Source: Horticoccus luteus
GTDB lineage: Bacteria > Verrucomicrobiota > Verrucomicrobiia > Opitutales > Opitutaceae
NCBI RefSeq assembly: GCF_019464535.1
Contig: NZ_CP080507.1
Location: 750,001-782,000 of the forward strand
Reading direction: 5' to 3'
Length of the DNA stretch: 32,000 nt
Position numbers and translations under genes: made by a program
The notes under the pieces: model-generated
What the model saw: the letters and a program-made list of their open reading frames with translations, nothing else
What the model was told of the DNA's origin: nothing
The model's database searches: none
In this document: positions 17,165 through 25,513 of the stretch, in pieces
Layout: every line of letters begins with the position of its first letter
Numbering within the stretch: the stretch's first letter is position 1

Positions 17165-18499
17165 TTACGAGATCGGCGGCGCCGGGCGGTGGGCCAGGAG
17201 ATCGCGGAGGCGGCGGGTGTCGGTCTTGCCCCGCGCGGTGACCGGAAATTCGGAAAGGACGAGGAGGCGGCGAGGGAGTTTCCAGGCAGCGAGGCGTTCC
17301 GCGAGGGCGGCGCGCAGGGCGTCGCTCGTGCCGTCGCCGCAGACGGCGGCGGCGAGGGAGTCGGGGCGTTCCGGATGGAGCGTCACCCAGGCATCGCGCA
17401 CGTCGGGGAGGCTGCGCAAGGCGTGCTCGATTTCGGCGGGATCGACGCGGCGGCCGGCGAGTTTCAGCATGCGGCCGGCGCGGCCGAGGAGAACGAGTTC
17501 ACCGTGCGCGTTGAGTTCGGCGCGATCGGCGGGGCGGAAGCGGCCGCGTCCGCCGACAGCGGCGCTCGCGACGAAGAAGCGTTGGCCGCGGGTGAAGGTG
17601 AGTTGCACACCGTCGATCGGCGGGCCGACGCTGCGGCCGGTGGAAGCGGCGTCGCCGGTGCGGTCGTAGGCGATGCCGCCGGTTTCGCTTGAGCCGTAGA
17701 AGCTGTGCACACGCCGCGCGAACCTGGTTGCGAAGGCTTGTGCAATTTCGGGCGAAAGCGCGGCGCCGGCGGAGATCACGGTGCGCAGGCTGTGCAGTTG
17801 CGCGGGGGCGATGTCGGAGGCGGCGAGGGCGCGCAGCAACGCCGGCACGGCAGGAAATACGGTGGGTTGCCAGCGCGCAATCGCGTCGGCGAGGGCCTGC
17901 GGCAGCACGGGTGCGCCGCAAACGATGGCGGTGCCTTGCGCGAGGAGTGGGACGATGAGGTTGCCGAGGCCGTAGGAGTGGCCGAAGGGAATGCAGCCGA
18001 GGTTTAGGTCGGTGGCGCGGATGTCCATGGAGGCGCAAATCTGGCGGCCATCGGCGAGGAGTTGCGCGGCGGTGAAGGGCAGCGCTTTGGGCGTGCCGGT
18101 GGAGCCGGAGGTGAGTTTTATCAGGCAGCGGCCGTCGCGCGGGGAAGAGCGGCGAGGGGCAAGGGTGATGAGTTGGCGATCGTGCCACCAATGGGTCGCA
18201 TTGACCGCGGCGGCGATCGTGCGCTGGGCGGCGGCGGGTTCGCCGGGGTCGAGCGAAACGACAATGCCTCCGGCCATCAGCACGCCGAGTGTCACGGTGA
18301 GCCACTCGATGCCGTTGGGCAGAGCGAACACGACGGCTTGGCCGCGGAGATCGGCGCCGTGAGCGGCGACCCACTCGCGCGCGGCGGTGTCGAGCTCGGC
18401 CCGCGTCCACGTGCGTTCGCTGGCGGCGTCGATGAGGATGGGCGCGGCGGGCGCCGCGGCGAGCGTGGCCGACCACGCGGACAACAAAGGGCAACTCAT
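17165..18499 (-). CDS. AMP-dependent synthetase/ligase (short aryl/acyl-ACP or -CoA ligase, XanA2/APE-ligase-like)
   Basis: AMP-binding core: LKLTSGSTGTPKALPF. It also has YGSSETGG and the C-terminal ARGKTD. The start ATG overlaps the stop of the upstream exporter gene (ATGA at 18496-18499). Confidence 0.8.
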   Translation of the reverse strand: MSCPLLSAWSATLAAAPAAPILIDAASERTWTRAELDTAAREWVAAHGADLRGQAVVFALPNGIEWLTVTLGVLMAGGIVVSLDPGEPAAAQRTIAAAVNATHWWHDRQLITLAPRRSSPRDGRCLIKLTSGSTGTPKALPFTAAQLLADGRQICASMDIRATDLNLGCIPFGHSYGLGNLIVPLLAQGTAIVCGAPVLPQALADAIARWQPTVFPAVPALLRALAASDIAPAQLHSLRTVISAGAALSPEIAQAFATRFARRVHSFYGSSETGGIAYDRTGDAASTGRSVGPPIDGVQLTFTRGQRFFVASAAVGGRGRFRPADRAELNAHGELVLLGRAGRMLKLAGRRVDPAEIEHALRSLPDVRDAWVTLHPERPDSLAAAVCGDGTSDALRAALAERLAAWKLPRRLLVLSEFPVTARGKTDTRRLRDLLAHRPAPPIS

Positions 18500-20826
18500 C
18501 GGCGACGGACGAGGGGCTCAAGTTCCACCGTGGCGAGGGCGGTGACGACGATCAGCGCAACGGTGAGGCCGAGGGCGTGGATCACCGGGATGCTGCTGAG
18601 CGAGAGGACGCCAAACGAGACGGCGGTGCTGAGCGCCGAGAGGCGAATGGAGGCCGGCGGGGCGGTGCCGTGCGTGGCGGCGTCGGCGGAAAAGATGGCG
18701 TAGTTGTGCGAGAGGCAGACGCCGAGAAACGCGCCGAGCAGATGGAAGAGGTTGAGCGGTTGACCGAGCAGACCGAAGATGCCGAAGACAAAGAAACACG
18801 ATCCTGCGGGGATGAGCGCGATGCGAATGCCGCGTCGCCACGGATAGATGACAAAGACGCTGAGGATCACCATGCCGAGGCCGATGAGGCTGAGGCGGAG
18901 CGCGGACCAGCGATAGCGGGTGAAGAGATCGTTGAGGGTTTCGAGTTGGTTGACGCCGACGGTATGGAGGCCGGGCGGCGCGGGCGGGCCGTCGGGGATG
19001 TCGACAATCGTGAGAAACCAACTCGGCGAACCGCGGGAGTAGAGCAGCGCGAGCGGGCCGGTGAAGATGGGATCGAGCAGCGGGATGAGTTGCTGGTAAT
19101 CGCCGCGCGGCGGGAATGCGCGGAGATTGGAAAACGTGCTGAAGAAACCGGCGAACGATTGGGCGTCGAAGCCGTGGCGGTCGAGGGCGGCCGAGAAGGC
19201 GTCGGCGAAGCCATCGAGGTGGCGAAGGCGGGCGGGAAACGCCTGCCAGTCGGTCTGGGTGGGGAGAACGAGGCCGGCGCTCGCGGCAGGGGCGTCGGGC
19301 GCGCGGCGGGCGAGGTCGGCGTGAAACGCGGCGAGGTTTTCGCGGGCTTCGGCGAGGGTGGCGCCGTAGGTGAGATAGAGCGTCTGGTCGTGGTTTTCGC
19401 CGAAGAGGCGGCGCAACTTGACTTCGTTGGCGCGCAGGTCGGCGGAGGGGTTTTCGAGCTGGCGAATGTCGTCGCGCCAATGGAGGTGCCATGGGCCGAG
19501 GGCGGCAATGAGGATGGCGAGGCCGAAAAGTAGCGTGGGCGCGTAGCGCAGGGCGGGGCGATGGGCGAACGCGTCGAGCGAGCCAAATTCGCGGGCGGCG
19601 AGAAACGGGCGGTCGAGTTGCGCGAAGTAGAGCATCGCGCCACCGAGGGCGCACAGGAGACCGGAGCCAACGAAGATGCCGACCTGCTGGATGAGCGGGA
19701 GGTTGGAAAACAGGAGGAGCGAAAAGCCGATGACCGTGGTGAGGCAGCTCGCGAGCAGGGGTTTCAGGAGACGCCGGAGTTTCGTGCCGTAAGGTTCGTC
19801 GGGGGTGAGCGACGGCTGCATGAAAATGTAGAAGCCGTAGTCGATGGCGACGCCGCTAAGGAGCGAACCGATCACGAAAACGAGGAGATGCAGGCGGTCG
19901 AAGACGAGCGTCGAGATGGTCCAGGCACCCAGGAGCGAGAGGAGGATGATCGGGACGAGATGAAGGATTTTGTAAATGCGGCGGACGAAGAGCGCGCTGA
20001 TGCCGAGCACGGCCACGATGGAAAGAAGGTTGAGCCAGCGGAGTTCGGCCTCGGTGCGCGCGCGGCTGTCGGCGGCGAAGCGGTTGATGCCGGTATACTC
20101 AACGTCGAGCGTGGGCGTGGCCGCTTGGAGTTCGGCGGTGGCGGCGTGGATGGCGGCGAAGGCGGGTTGCTGGCCGGCTTCGGCGAGGGGCGATGCGCGC
20201 AGACGCGCCCACACGAGCGCGTGGCCGCCGGCGGCGGAATCGGACGAGCTGATGAGGCGCGCGCGATCGATGAGGCTCGGCACGAGCAGGAGCGGATCGG
20301 AGACGACGACGTTTTGCAGTGCGGTCGCTTCGGGGCGGGAGAGAAACGCTTCGAGGCGCGCGGCGGAGCGCTCGGCGAGCCACGCGGGATATTGCGCGGC
20401 TGGCTGACCGGTGGCGGCGAAGTCGCGTTCGGCGTCGCCGAGAAAAGTCGGGAGCAGCAGCTCGAACCGGTGCGTGAAGATTTCGCGGCCCATGGCGGAC
20501 TGGTCCGTGGAACCGCCGACGACGACGGCTTCGGCAAACGCCGGCGAGCGGGCGAGGGCGGTGGCGAAACGTTGGGCAGCGGCGGCGGGCGGCTGGTTGG
20601 GTTGCGCGGTGTCGTGCAACGCGAAGAGCATCACGCGCGACTGGGCTTCGTTGGCAAAACTGCGGACGAGGGCGATCTCGGGCGATTGCTCCTCGGCGGG
20701 GATGAGGTCGAGGACGTTGGTGGAAATCTTCTGGCTGTAATCGAGCCGGGCGAGCCACGTGCCACAGAGCGCGACGAACGCGAGCAGGACCAGGCGGGCG
20801 TAGAGCTTGCGGCGGGGCGCGGTCAC
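18496..20826 (-). CDS. MMPL/RND-superfamily exporter (aryl-polyene-cluster type)
   Basis: The 776-aa protein has two blocks of about 5-6 TM helices, each preceded by a large soluble loop. The size and position next to a LolA-like gene match exporters of APE/xanthomonadin loci. The start is GTG at 20826, 6 nt after the upstream stop. Confidence 0.7.
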   Translation of the reverse strand: MTAPRRKLYARLVLLAFVALCGTWLARLDYSQKISTNVLDLIPAEEQSPEIALVRSFANEAQSRVMLFALHDTAQPNQPPAAAAQRFATALARSPAFAEAVVVGGSTDQSAMGREIFTHRFELLLPTFLGDAERDFAATGQPAAQYPAWLAERSAARLEAFLSRPEATALQNVVVSDPLLLVPSLIDRARLISSSDSAAGGHALVWARLRASPLAEAGQQPAFAAIHAATAELQAATPTLDVEYTGINRFAADSRARTEAELRWLNLLSIVAVLGISALFVRRIYKILHLVPIILLSLLGAWTISTLVFDRLHLLVFVIGSLLSGVAIDYGFYIFMQPSLTPDEPYGTKLRRLLKPLLASCLTTVIGFSLLLFSNLPLIQQVGIFVGSGLLCALGGAMLYFAQLDRPFLAAREFGSLDAFAHRPALRYAPTLLFGLAILIAALGPWHLHWRDDIRQLENPSADLRANEVKLRRLFGENHDQTLYLTYGATLAEARENLAAFHADLARRAPDAPAASAGLVLPTQTDWQAFPARLRHLDGFADAFSAALDRHGFDAQSFAGFFSTFSNLRAFPPRGDYQQLIPLLDPIFTGPLALLYSRGSPSWFLTIVDIPDGPPAPPGLHTVGVNQLETLNDLFTRYRWSALRLSLIGLGMVILSVFVIYPWRRGIRIALIPAGSCFFVFGIFGLLGQPLNLFHLLGAFLGVCLSHNYAIFSADAATHGTAPPASIRLSALSTAVSFGVLSLSSIPVIHALGLTVALIVVTALATVELEPLVRRR

Positions 20827-20832
20827 AGGCGG

Positions 20833-21540
20833 TCAGCGGAAATATCGGTCGATGACATCGCCGCCGAAGATGACGTTTTCGCGCGTGTCGTGGAGCGAAA
20901 TCTCAATGCGCTGCCGGGCGGATTTTTCCATGACGATGCGATCGACGAGGGCGTCATGTCCGTAGACGGTGATGTCGCCGATGAGGTCGGAGAGCGCAGT
21001 GTCGTGCGGAGCGAAGACGAGGACCCATTGCGAACCGGTGCGGCGGCCGCGGAGATCGAAGCTTTGCTGCAGGGCGGCGACGTCGAAACGCAGGATGTTA
21101 AAAAGAGCGCCGCTGACGGCTTGTACGCGGGAGTCGTTGGGCGCGGCGCGTTCGCGGCCGTGTTCGTCGCGCATGAGAACGCCCTTGGCATCGACGATGA
21201 TGATGTGCCGGTCGGGCGTGAGGTAGTGCAGGCTGAGCCCGTGGCCCGGCGCCATGCGAATCTCGCCGGTGAGCACCGTGGGCTCTTTGCGGAAAGGGAA
21301 ATAACGTTTCTCCTCGAACTGCGCGAGACGGCTGCGTGCGGGGGCGAGTTGCGCGAAGAGGTCCTTCCAAGCCGGATCGTGAAGGGGATCGGTGATGGTT
21401 TCGGCGGCGGGAGGCGGTGCAGCGACCTCCGCGGCCGCGGGAGGAGAGGAAACGGTCGAATCCGACGCGGGCGAAGCTGCGACCTCGGGACGGGGAATTA
21501 CGACCAGCGCGGCGAGGGCGAGAAACGGAGGGAATTTCAT
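20833..21540 (-). CDS. LolA-like periplasmic lipid/lipoprotein carrier
   Basis: It has a signal peptide (MKFPPFLALAALVVIP) and a Pro/Ala-rich linker. The LolA-like pattern follows: FEEKRYFPFRKEPTVLTGEIRM..GLSLHY..PD. Start set at ATG 21540; the longer ORF to 21915 has a non-protein-like extension. Confidence 0.65.
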   Translation of the reverse strand: MKFPPFLALAALVVIPRPEVAASPASDSTVSSPPAAAEVAAPPPAAETITDPLHDPAWKDLFAQLAPARSRLAQFEEKRYFPFRKEPTVLTGEIRMAPGHGLSLHYLTPDRHIIIVDAKGVLMRDEHGRERAAPNDSRVQAVSGALFNILRFDVAALQQSFDLRGRRTGSQWVLVFAPHDTALSDLIGDITVYGHDALVDRIVMEKSARQRIEISLHDTRENVIFGGDVIDRYFR

Positions 21541-21923
21541 GCAGCAACGAAACCGTAGAGGGAAAGGAGGCAAAAGGGGAATGGCGAATGCGCGGGCGGT
21601 CGCCGGGGCAAGGGGGATGCCCGGCGGATGCGCGGGAAGCGCTTTGAAACGTAGCGTCGGCGGCCTAGCGTGCGCCGGTGTGAACATGCGCTGCATGGCG
21701 GGATTCGGCCTTCTGACGCCGATGGCAGGCGCGGCGGAGACGCCGTTGGCGGGAGCAGAATCGAAAATCGAGTTACCGGCGCTGAAATTGGACGCGCGGC
21801 GTGCTCGGCGAGGGGGTGAAGAAACCGTAGCGCTGCCGTCGAGTTTGGCGCGGGACGTCCAAGCAGGAAGCTCCCGCCGTGCGGAAGGTCGCGACGCCGC
21901 AGGCGAGGGCGTCACGGGTGGCG

Positions 21924-23075
21924 TCAGGCCTTGATCAGGTGCGCCGGGAAATCGGACACGTTTTCACACGCGATTTGCTCCATCACCTGCTGCAGTTGTT
22001 TCTTAAGCATCGCGAGCACGTGATCGCCGCCTTGGGCGCCCAGCGCGCACACGCCGAACATGGGGGTGCGGCCGAGGAAGGCGAAATCGGCGCCCACGGC
22101 CAGAGCGGCCGCGACGTCCGCGCCATCGCGGAGGCCGCTGTCGATCATGAGCTTCGTGCGCGATTTGAATTCGGGGACCAAGCCGGCGAGGGCTTGGATC
22201 GTGGATTGCCCGCGATCCAGTTGCCGGCCGCCGTGATTCGACACGATGATTCCGTCCACCCCGAGGGCGACAACCTTGGCGGCGTCCTCGGGGTTGACGA
22301 TGCCCTTGATGACGAGCGACCCCGGCCACTTGTCGCGGAGGGATTTGACCTTCTCTTCGCTCAGGCGGCCGGAGAACGTCTTGTTCATGAACAGTCCGAG
22401 ATGTTTCATGTTAAGCCCTTTGGGAATGTAGGGCTTCATGGTGGCGAAAGCGGGCGCGCCGGCCGCCAGTTGGGAGAACGACCACGTGGGATGGCTGACC
22501 ATTTGCGCGATGTTGCGCAGCGTCATCCGCGGCGGGATGGAGAGGCCGTTGCGGATTTCTTTGGGCCGGTAGCCAAAGGTGGGAGTGTCGGCGAGGATCA
22601 CGAGGGTCTTGATGCCGGCGGCCCAGGCGCGATCGAGGAGCTTGTCGCGCAGCTCGGTTTCGCGCGGGTGATACAATTGAAACCAGGCGCGGCCGTGCGT
22701 GATCTCGGCGACGCGCTCGATGCTGGCGGTCGCGACGGTCGAGAGGACGAACGGGACATTGTGCTGGACGGCGGCAGCGGCGAGGATCTCGGTGGCCTTT
22801 GGCCACATCAGCCCTTGCAGGCCGATCGGCGCGATACCGAACGGGGCGTCATATTCGACGCCGAAGAGCGTGGTCTTCTGCGACGCGCCGGGGTAGTTTC
22901 CGATGTAGGTGGGTTTGAGGCGAATTTCGCGAATCTCGCTCGTGTTGCGGGCGAGGTTGATGTCGGAAAAGCACCCGCCTGACAGATAATCGAAGGCGAA
23001 TCCCGGCACCCGGCGCCGAGCCCGTGCAATGAGGCGTTCCGTGGAAGGAAATCGGGCATCAATGGCGTCTTTCAT
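21924..23075 (-). CDS. FMN-dependent alpha-hydroxyacid dehydrogenase/oxidase (LldD / glycolate oxidase / hydroxymandelate oxidase family)
   Basis: Typical family blocks: FDYLSGG, PFGIAPIG, STVATASIE, WFQLY, the signature IVSNHGGRQLD, and DSGLRDGADVAKALALGADF-like (DSGLRDGADVAAALAVGADFAF). Confidence 0.85.
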   Translation of the reverse strand: MKDAIDARFPSTERLIARARRRVPGFAFDYLSGGCFSDINLARNTSEIREIRLKPTYIGNYPGASQKTTLFGVEYDAPFGIAPIGLQGLMWPKATEILAAAAVQHNVPFVLSTVATASIERVAEITHGRAWFQLYHPRETELRDKLLDRAWAAGIKTLVILADTPTFGYRPKEIRNGLSIPPRMTLRNIAQMVSHPTWSFSQLAAGAPAFATMKPYIPKGLNMKHLGLFMNKTFSGRLSEEKVKSLRDKWPGSLVIKGIVNPEDAAKVVALGVDGIIVSNHGGRQLDRGQSTIQALAGLVPEFKSRTKLMIDSGLRDGADVAAALAVGADFAFLGRTPMFGVCALGAQGGDHVLAMLKKQLQQVMEQIACENVSDFPAHLIKA

Positions 23076-23124
23076 CGACCCCTTTCAAAGGGGGTCGCCG
23101 GGATTTGGTCCATCCATAAACGCG

Positions 23125-23618
23125 TCACTTTGGTCGTCGGCGAAGAGCGCGGATGCGGACGGGTGCGCGGGGAGGCCCGGCGAACGGCGAAGCCTGCGAA
23201 CTTGCGACGGAACTCCGGTGGGCCTCAGATCCGCTTCGTTTGTCAAGAGTCAAGGCATGCGGTCTTGTATTTGTGGCGCACAGGTTTCCGACGGCATCTT
23301 CCTGAATCGTGCGGACCTGATTTCCGCTCAAGCCATCGGCCACGGTGTAGTAGGTAAACTCGTGGCCATCCCAACGGCTCACCCCTCATTGTGGCTTCCG
23401 AACCAGAAGCGCCCTTGGCTATCCTCAAAAATTGAGCGAAGCCCGGAGGTGAACCGGAGGGACGACCTCGAAGGTTTCGCCTCCGTGACCGTTGCGGGCG
23501 ATCGGCCAACTTGGGCCTCCTGCGCATTGGCCTCGGAGGTCCACTGAACCGATTGAATGCCGATCGCAAACGCCAACCGACAGAGAATAGAAATCCGCCG
23601 ATGGATGGACGTTTTCAT
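23125..23618 (-). pseudogene. Decayed 5' fragment of a two-component-regulator beta-propeller (Reg_prop-type) sensor gene
   Basis: A signal peptide (MKTSIHRRISILCRLAFAIG...ANAQ) is followed by propeller repeats: IFEDSQGRFWFGSHNEG | (V)SRWDGHEFTYYTVADGLSGNQVRTIQEDAVGNL. The repeats are split by a -1 frameshift at a 4-G run (forward cccc, 23382-23385; stop TGA at 23379-23381). Similarity fades after about 23270, with no kinase or regulator domains. GC is locally lower. Confidence 0.5.
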
Positions 23619-23705
23619 CTTGTTCGAAAGCGGCAGGAATGTTGGCGTCACTGTCGGCGGCCGGAGCTGGCGAAAGAGAAATAAGAATGGGGCTCGGACG
23701 TAGCA

Positions 23706-24506
23706 TCAGCGGGAGCGGCGCACGCGGCGGAGTTGCACCCAGCGCCAGAGGAGGAGCTGGGTGATGAGGCGCGTGTGCAGCCAAACGAGTTTCGCATTGT
23801 CGCGGAGGTAATTGAAGTGCGACACGCCGCCTTCCGCTTTGGTGAAATAACGGCAGGGCGCGGGGAGATTCACCGCGGGGACGCCGGCCCAGAAGAGTCG
23901 CACCACGATTTCGGGGTCGAAGTCGAAGCCGCGGGCGGCACGCGTCGAGGCAAGGGCGCGGCGCAGCGGGGCGGCGGGATACACGCGGAAGCCGAACAGC
24001 GGATCGCCGATGGCGCGGCTGAGAATCTCGAAGTGCGCGAGGCCGACGCTGAGTTTGCGGCCGTGTAGGCGTTCGAGAGGGACTTCGGGACCGAAGAGGG
24101 GAACGCCGAGAATCATCGCGGCGGGATTTGCCTGCGAGGCGGCCATGAAAGACGCGATGTGGTCGGCGGGATGCTGACCGTCGGCATCCATTGTGAGGAC
24201 GTGGGTGAAACCGGCGGCGAGGGCGGCGTCGACGCCCGTCGCGACGGCGGCGCCTTTGCCGCCGTTGCGCGGGCGCACGATGATGCGGAGGTGCGGCTCA
24301 GAGGCGGCGAGGAGGCGGACGGGGGCCAGGGAATCATCGGTGCTGCCGTCGACGATGACCCAGACCGGTTGCCAAGCGGCGAGAGCGGCCTGCACGGTGG
24401 CGAGGAGGCGCGCGCCGGTGTTGTAGGTCGGGATCAGAACGAGGTGCGTGGAGGAAGGCGGCACGGAGAAGGACTTTTTATAGAAGCTCCAAGCTCCAAC
24501 AGCCAA
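23706..24506 (-). CDS. Family 2 glycosyltransferase
   Basis: LVLIPTYNTG, VIVDGSTDDS, NGGKGAAV and the DxD-type LTMDADGQH are canonical GT2. The ORF-track start is TTG 24506; an in-frame GTG at 24464 is an alternative. Confidence 0.8.
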   Translation of the reverse strand: MAVGAWSFYKKSFSVPPSSTHLVLIPTYNTGARLLATVQAALAAWQPVWVIVDGSTDDSLAPVRLLAASEPHLRIIVRPRNGGKGAAVATGVDAALAAGFTHVLTMDADGQHPADHIASFMAASQANPAAMILGVPLFGPEVPLERLHGRKLSVGLAHFEILSRAIGDPLFGFRVYPAAPLRRALASTRAARGFDFDPEIVVRLFWAGVPAVNLPAPCRYFTKAEGGVSHFNYLRDNAKLVWLHTRLITQLLLWRWVQLRRVRRSR

Positions 24507-24763
24507 GCTCCAGGAAGAATCAAGTCTTCAAAATAGAGGCGGCCGAGAACGCGAGCGGGGCCGGGAGCGAAAAAACTGAAGGCCCAAACGTGAGACCTGA
24601 GGCCGAGCGGGCGGCGGAGTTTGGGAATTTAAACGCGAGGTGCGGAGGTCGGAGCGGAGGACGGAGTCGCAGTCACGAATGGCTGGATCACGGCAGACAG
24701 GCGGAAATTGCGGCGTGACGAAAGAGAAAGTTAAAGAGGAGAGAGAAAGGTTTCGTTGGGCGC

Positions 24764-25513
24764 TTAACAGCGGGGAGGAGGGAGGGCGGCGGCGAGGAGG
24801 GCTTGGGCGCGGGCGGCGAGGTCGGCGGCGCGTTCGTGGGGCGTGGGGTGGAGTTCGCCGATCAGCGTGAGCGTGATGCGGGCGGGCATGGGGGGCACAC
24901 GCCACCAGGGCTGGCCGCGGGGCAGAAAGGTGCGCGGGGCATCGATGGCGATCAGCCGCACGGGCACGCCGGCGCGGGCGGCGATGAGTGCGAAACCGGG
25001 TTTTAGAAGGCCGATTTTTTCGTGGGCGGAGGTGCGCGTGCCTTCGGGAAAAACGAGCAGCGACCGGCCGGTGGCGACGCGCGCGGCGACTTCCCGAATG
25101 AGATCAGCGCCTTTGTCGCCGGCCCCGTAGCCGGCCATGATGGCGGCGGGACCGAGGGCGGGATTGCGGATGAGGGCGTGTTTGAAAATGCAGATGGTGT
25201 CCGGGAGACGGCCGAGCAGGAAAGTGGCGTCGAGAAGGCCAGGATGGTTGGCGATATACACGGCGGGTCCGGCGAGGGTCGCGGGAGAAAAATTTTCCCA
25301 CTCGAGATAAACCAGGCGGGTGAAATGGAGCCACGCCGCCCAACTGCGGAAGAGCCGGTTGATGAGGAGACGCACGGGCGGGCCGAGGCGTTCGCGGCCG
25401 GGCAGGAGAAGGAGGAGCGAGCAGACGAGGTTGAGCGCGATCCCGACCAGGCCAAACACGAACCAGGAGAAAAGTCCGGCGGCAGTGGTGTAGAGGCCGT
25501 GAAGACGTTTCAT
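24764..25513 (-). CDS. PlsC-type 1-acyl-sn-glycerol-3-phosphate / lysophospholipid acyltransferase
   Basis: An N-terminal TM segment is followed by the HX4D motif (ANHPGLLD) and FPEGTR. The start ATG 25513 overlaps the upstream stop (ATGA). The longer ORF to 25828 is a shadow extension. Confidence 0.8.
   Translation of the reverse strand: MKRLHGLYTTAAGLFSWFVFGLVGIALNLVCSLLLLLPGRERLGPPVRLLINRLFRSWAAWLHFTRLVYLEWENFSPATLAGPAVYIANHPGLLDATFLLGRLPDTICIFKHALIRNPALGPAAIMAGYGAGDKGADLIREVAARVATGRSLLVFPEGTRTSAHEKIGLLKPGFALIAARAGVPVRLIAIDAPRTFLPRGQPWWRVPPMPARITLTLIGELHPTPHERAADLAARAQALLAAALPPPRC

Noticed and set aside
21541-21915. An N-terminal extension of the LolA-like ORF, and the + strand ORF 21392..21934.
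   Set aside because: The extension (…RRARRASNFSAGNSIFD…PPFPLRFRCC) is not protein-like, and the internal ATG at 21540 gives a proper signal peptide. The + strand ORF is Gly/Ala/Arg-rich with no motifs. I treat the region as non-coding and probably promoter-bearing.
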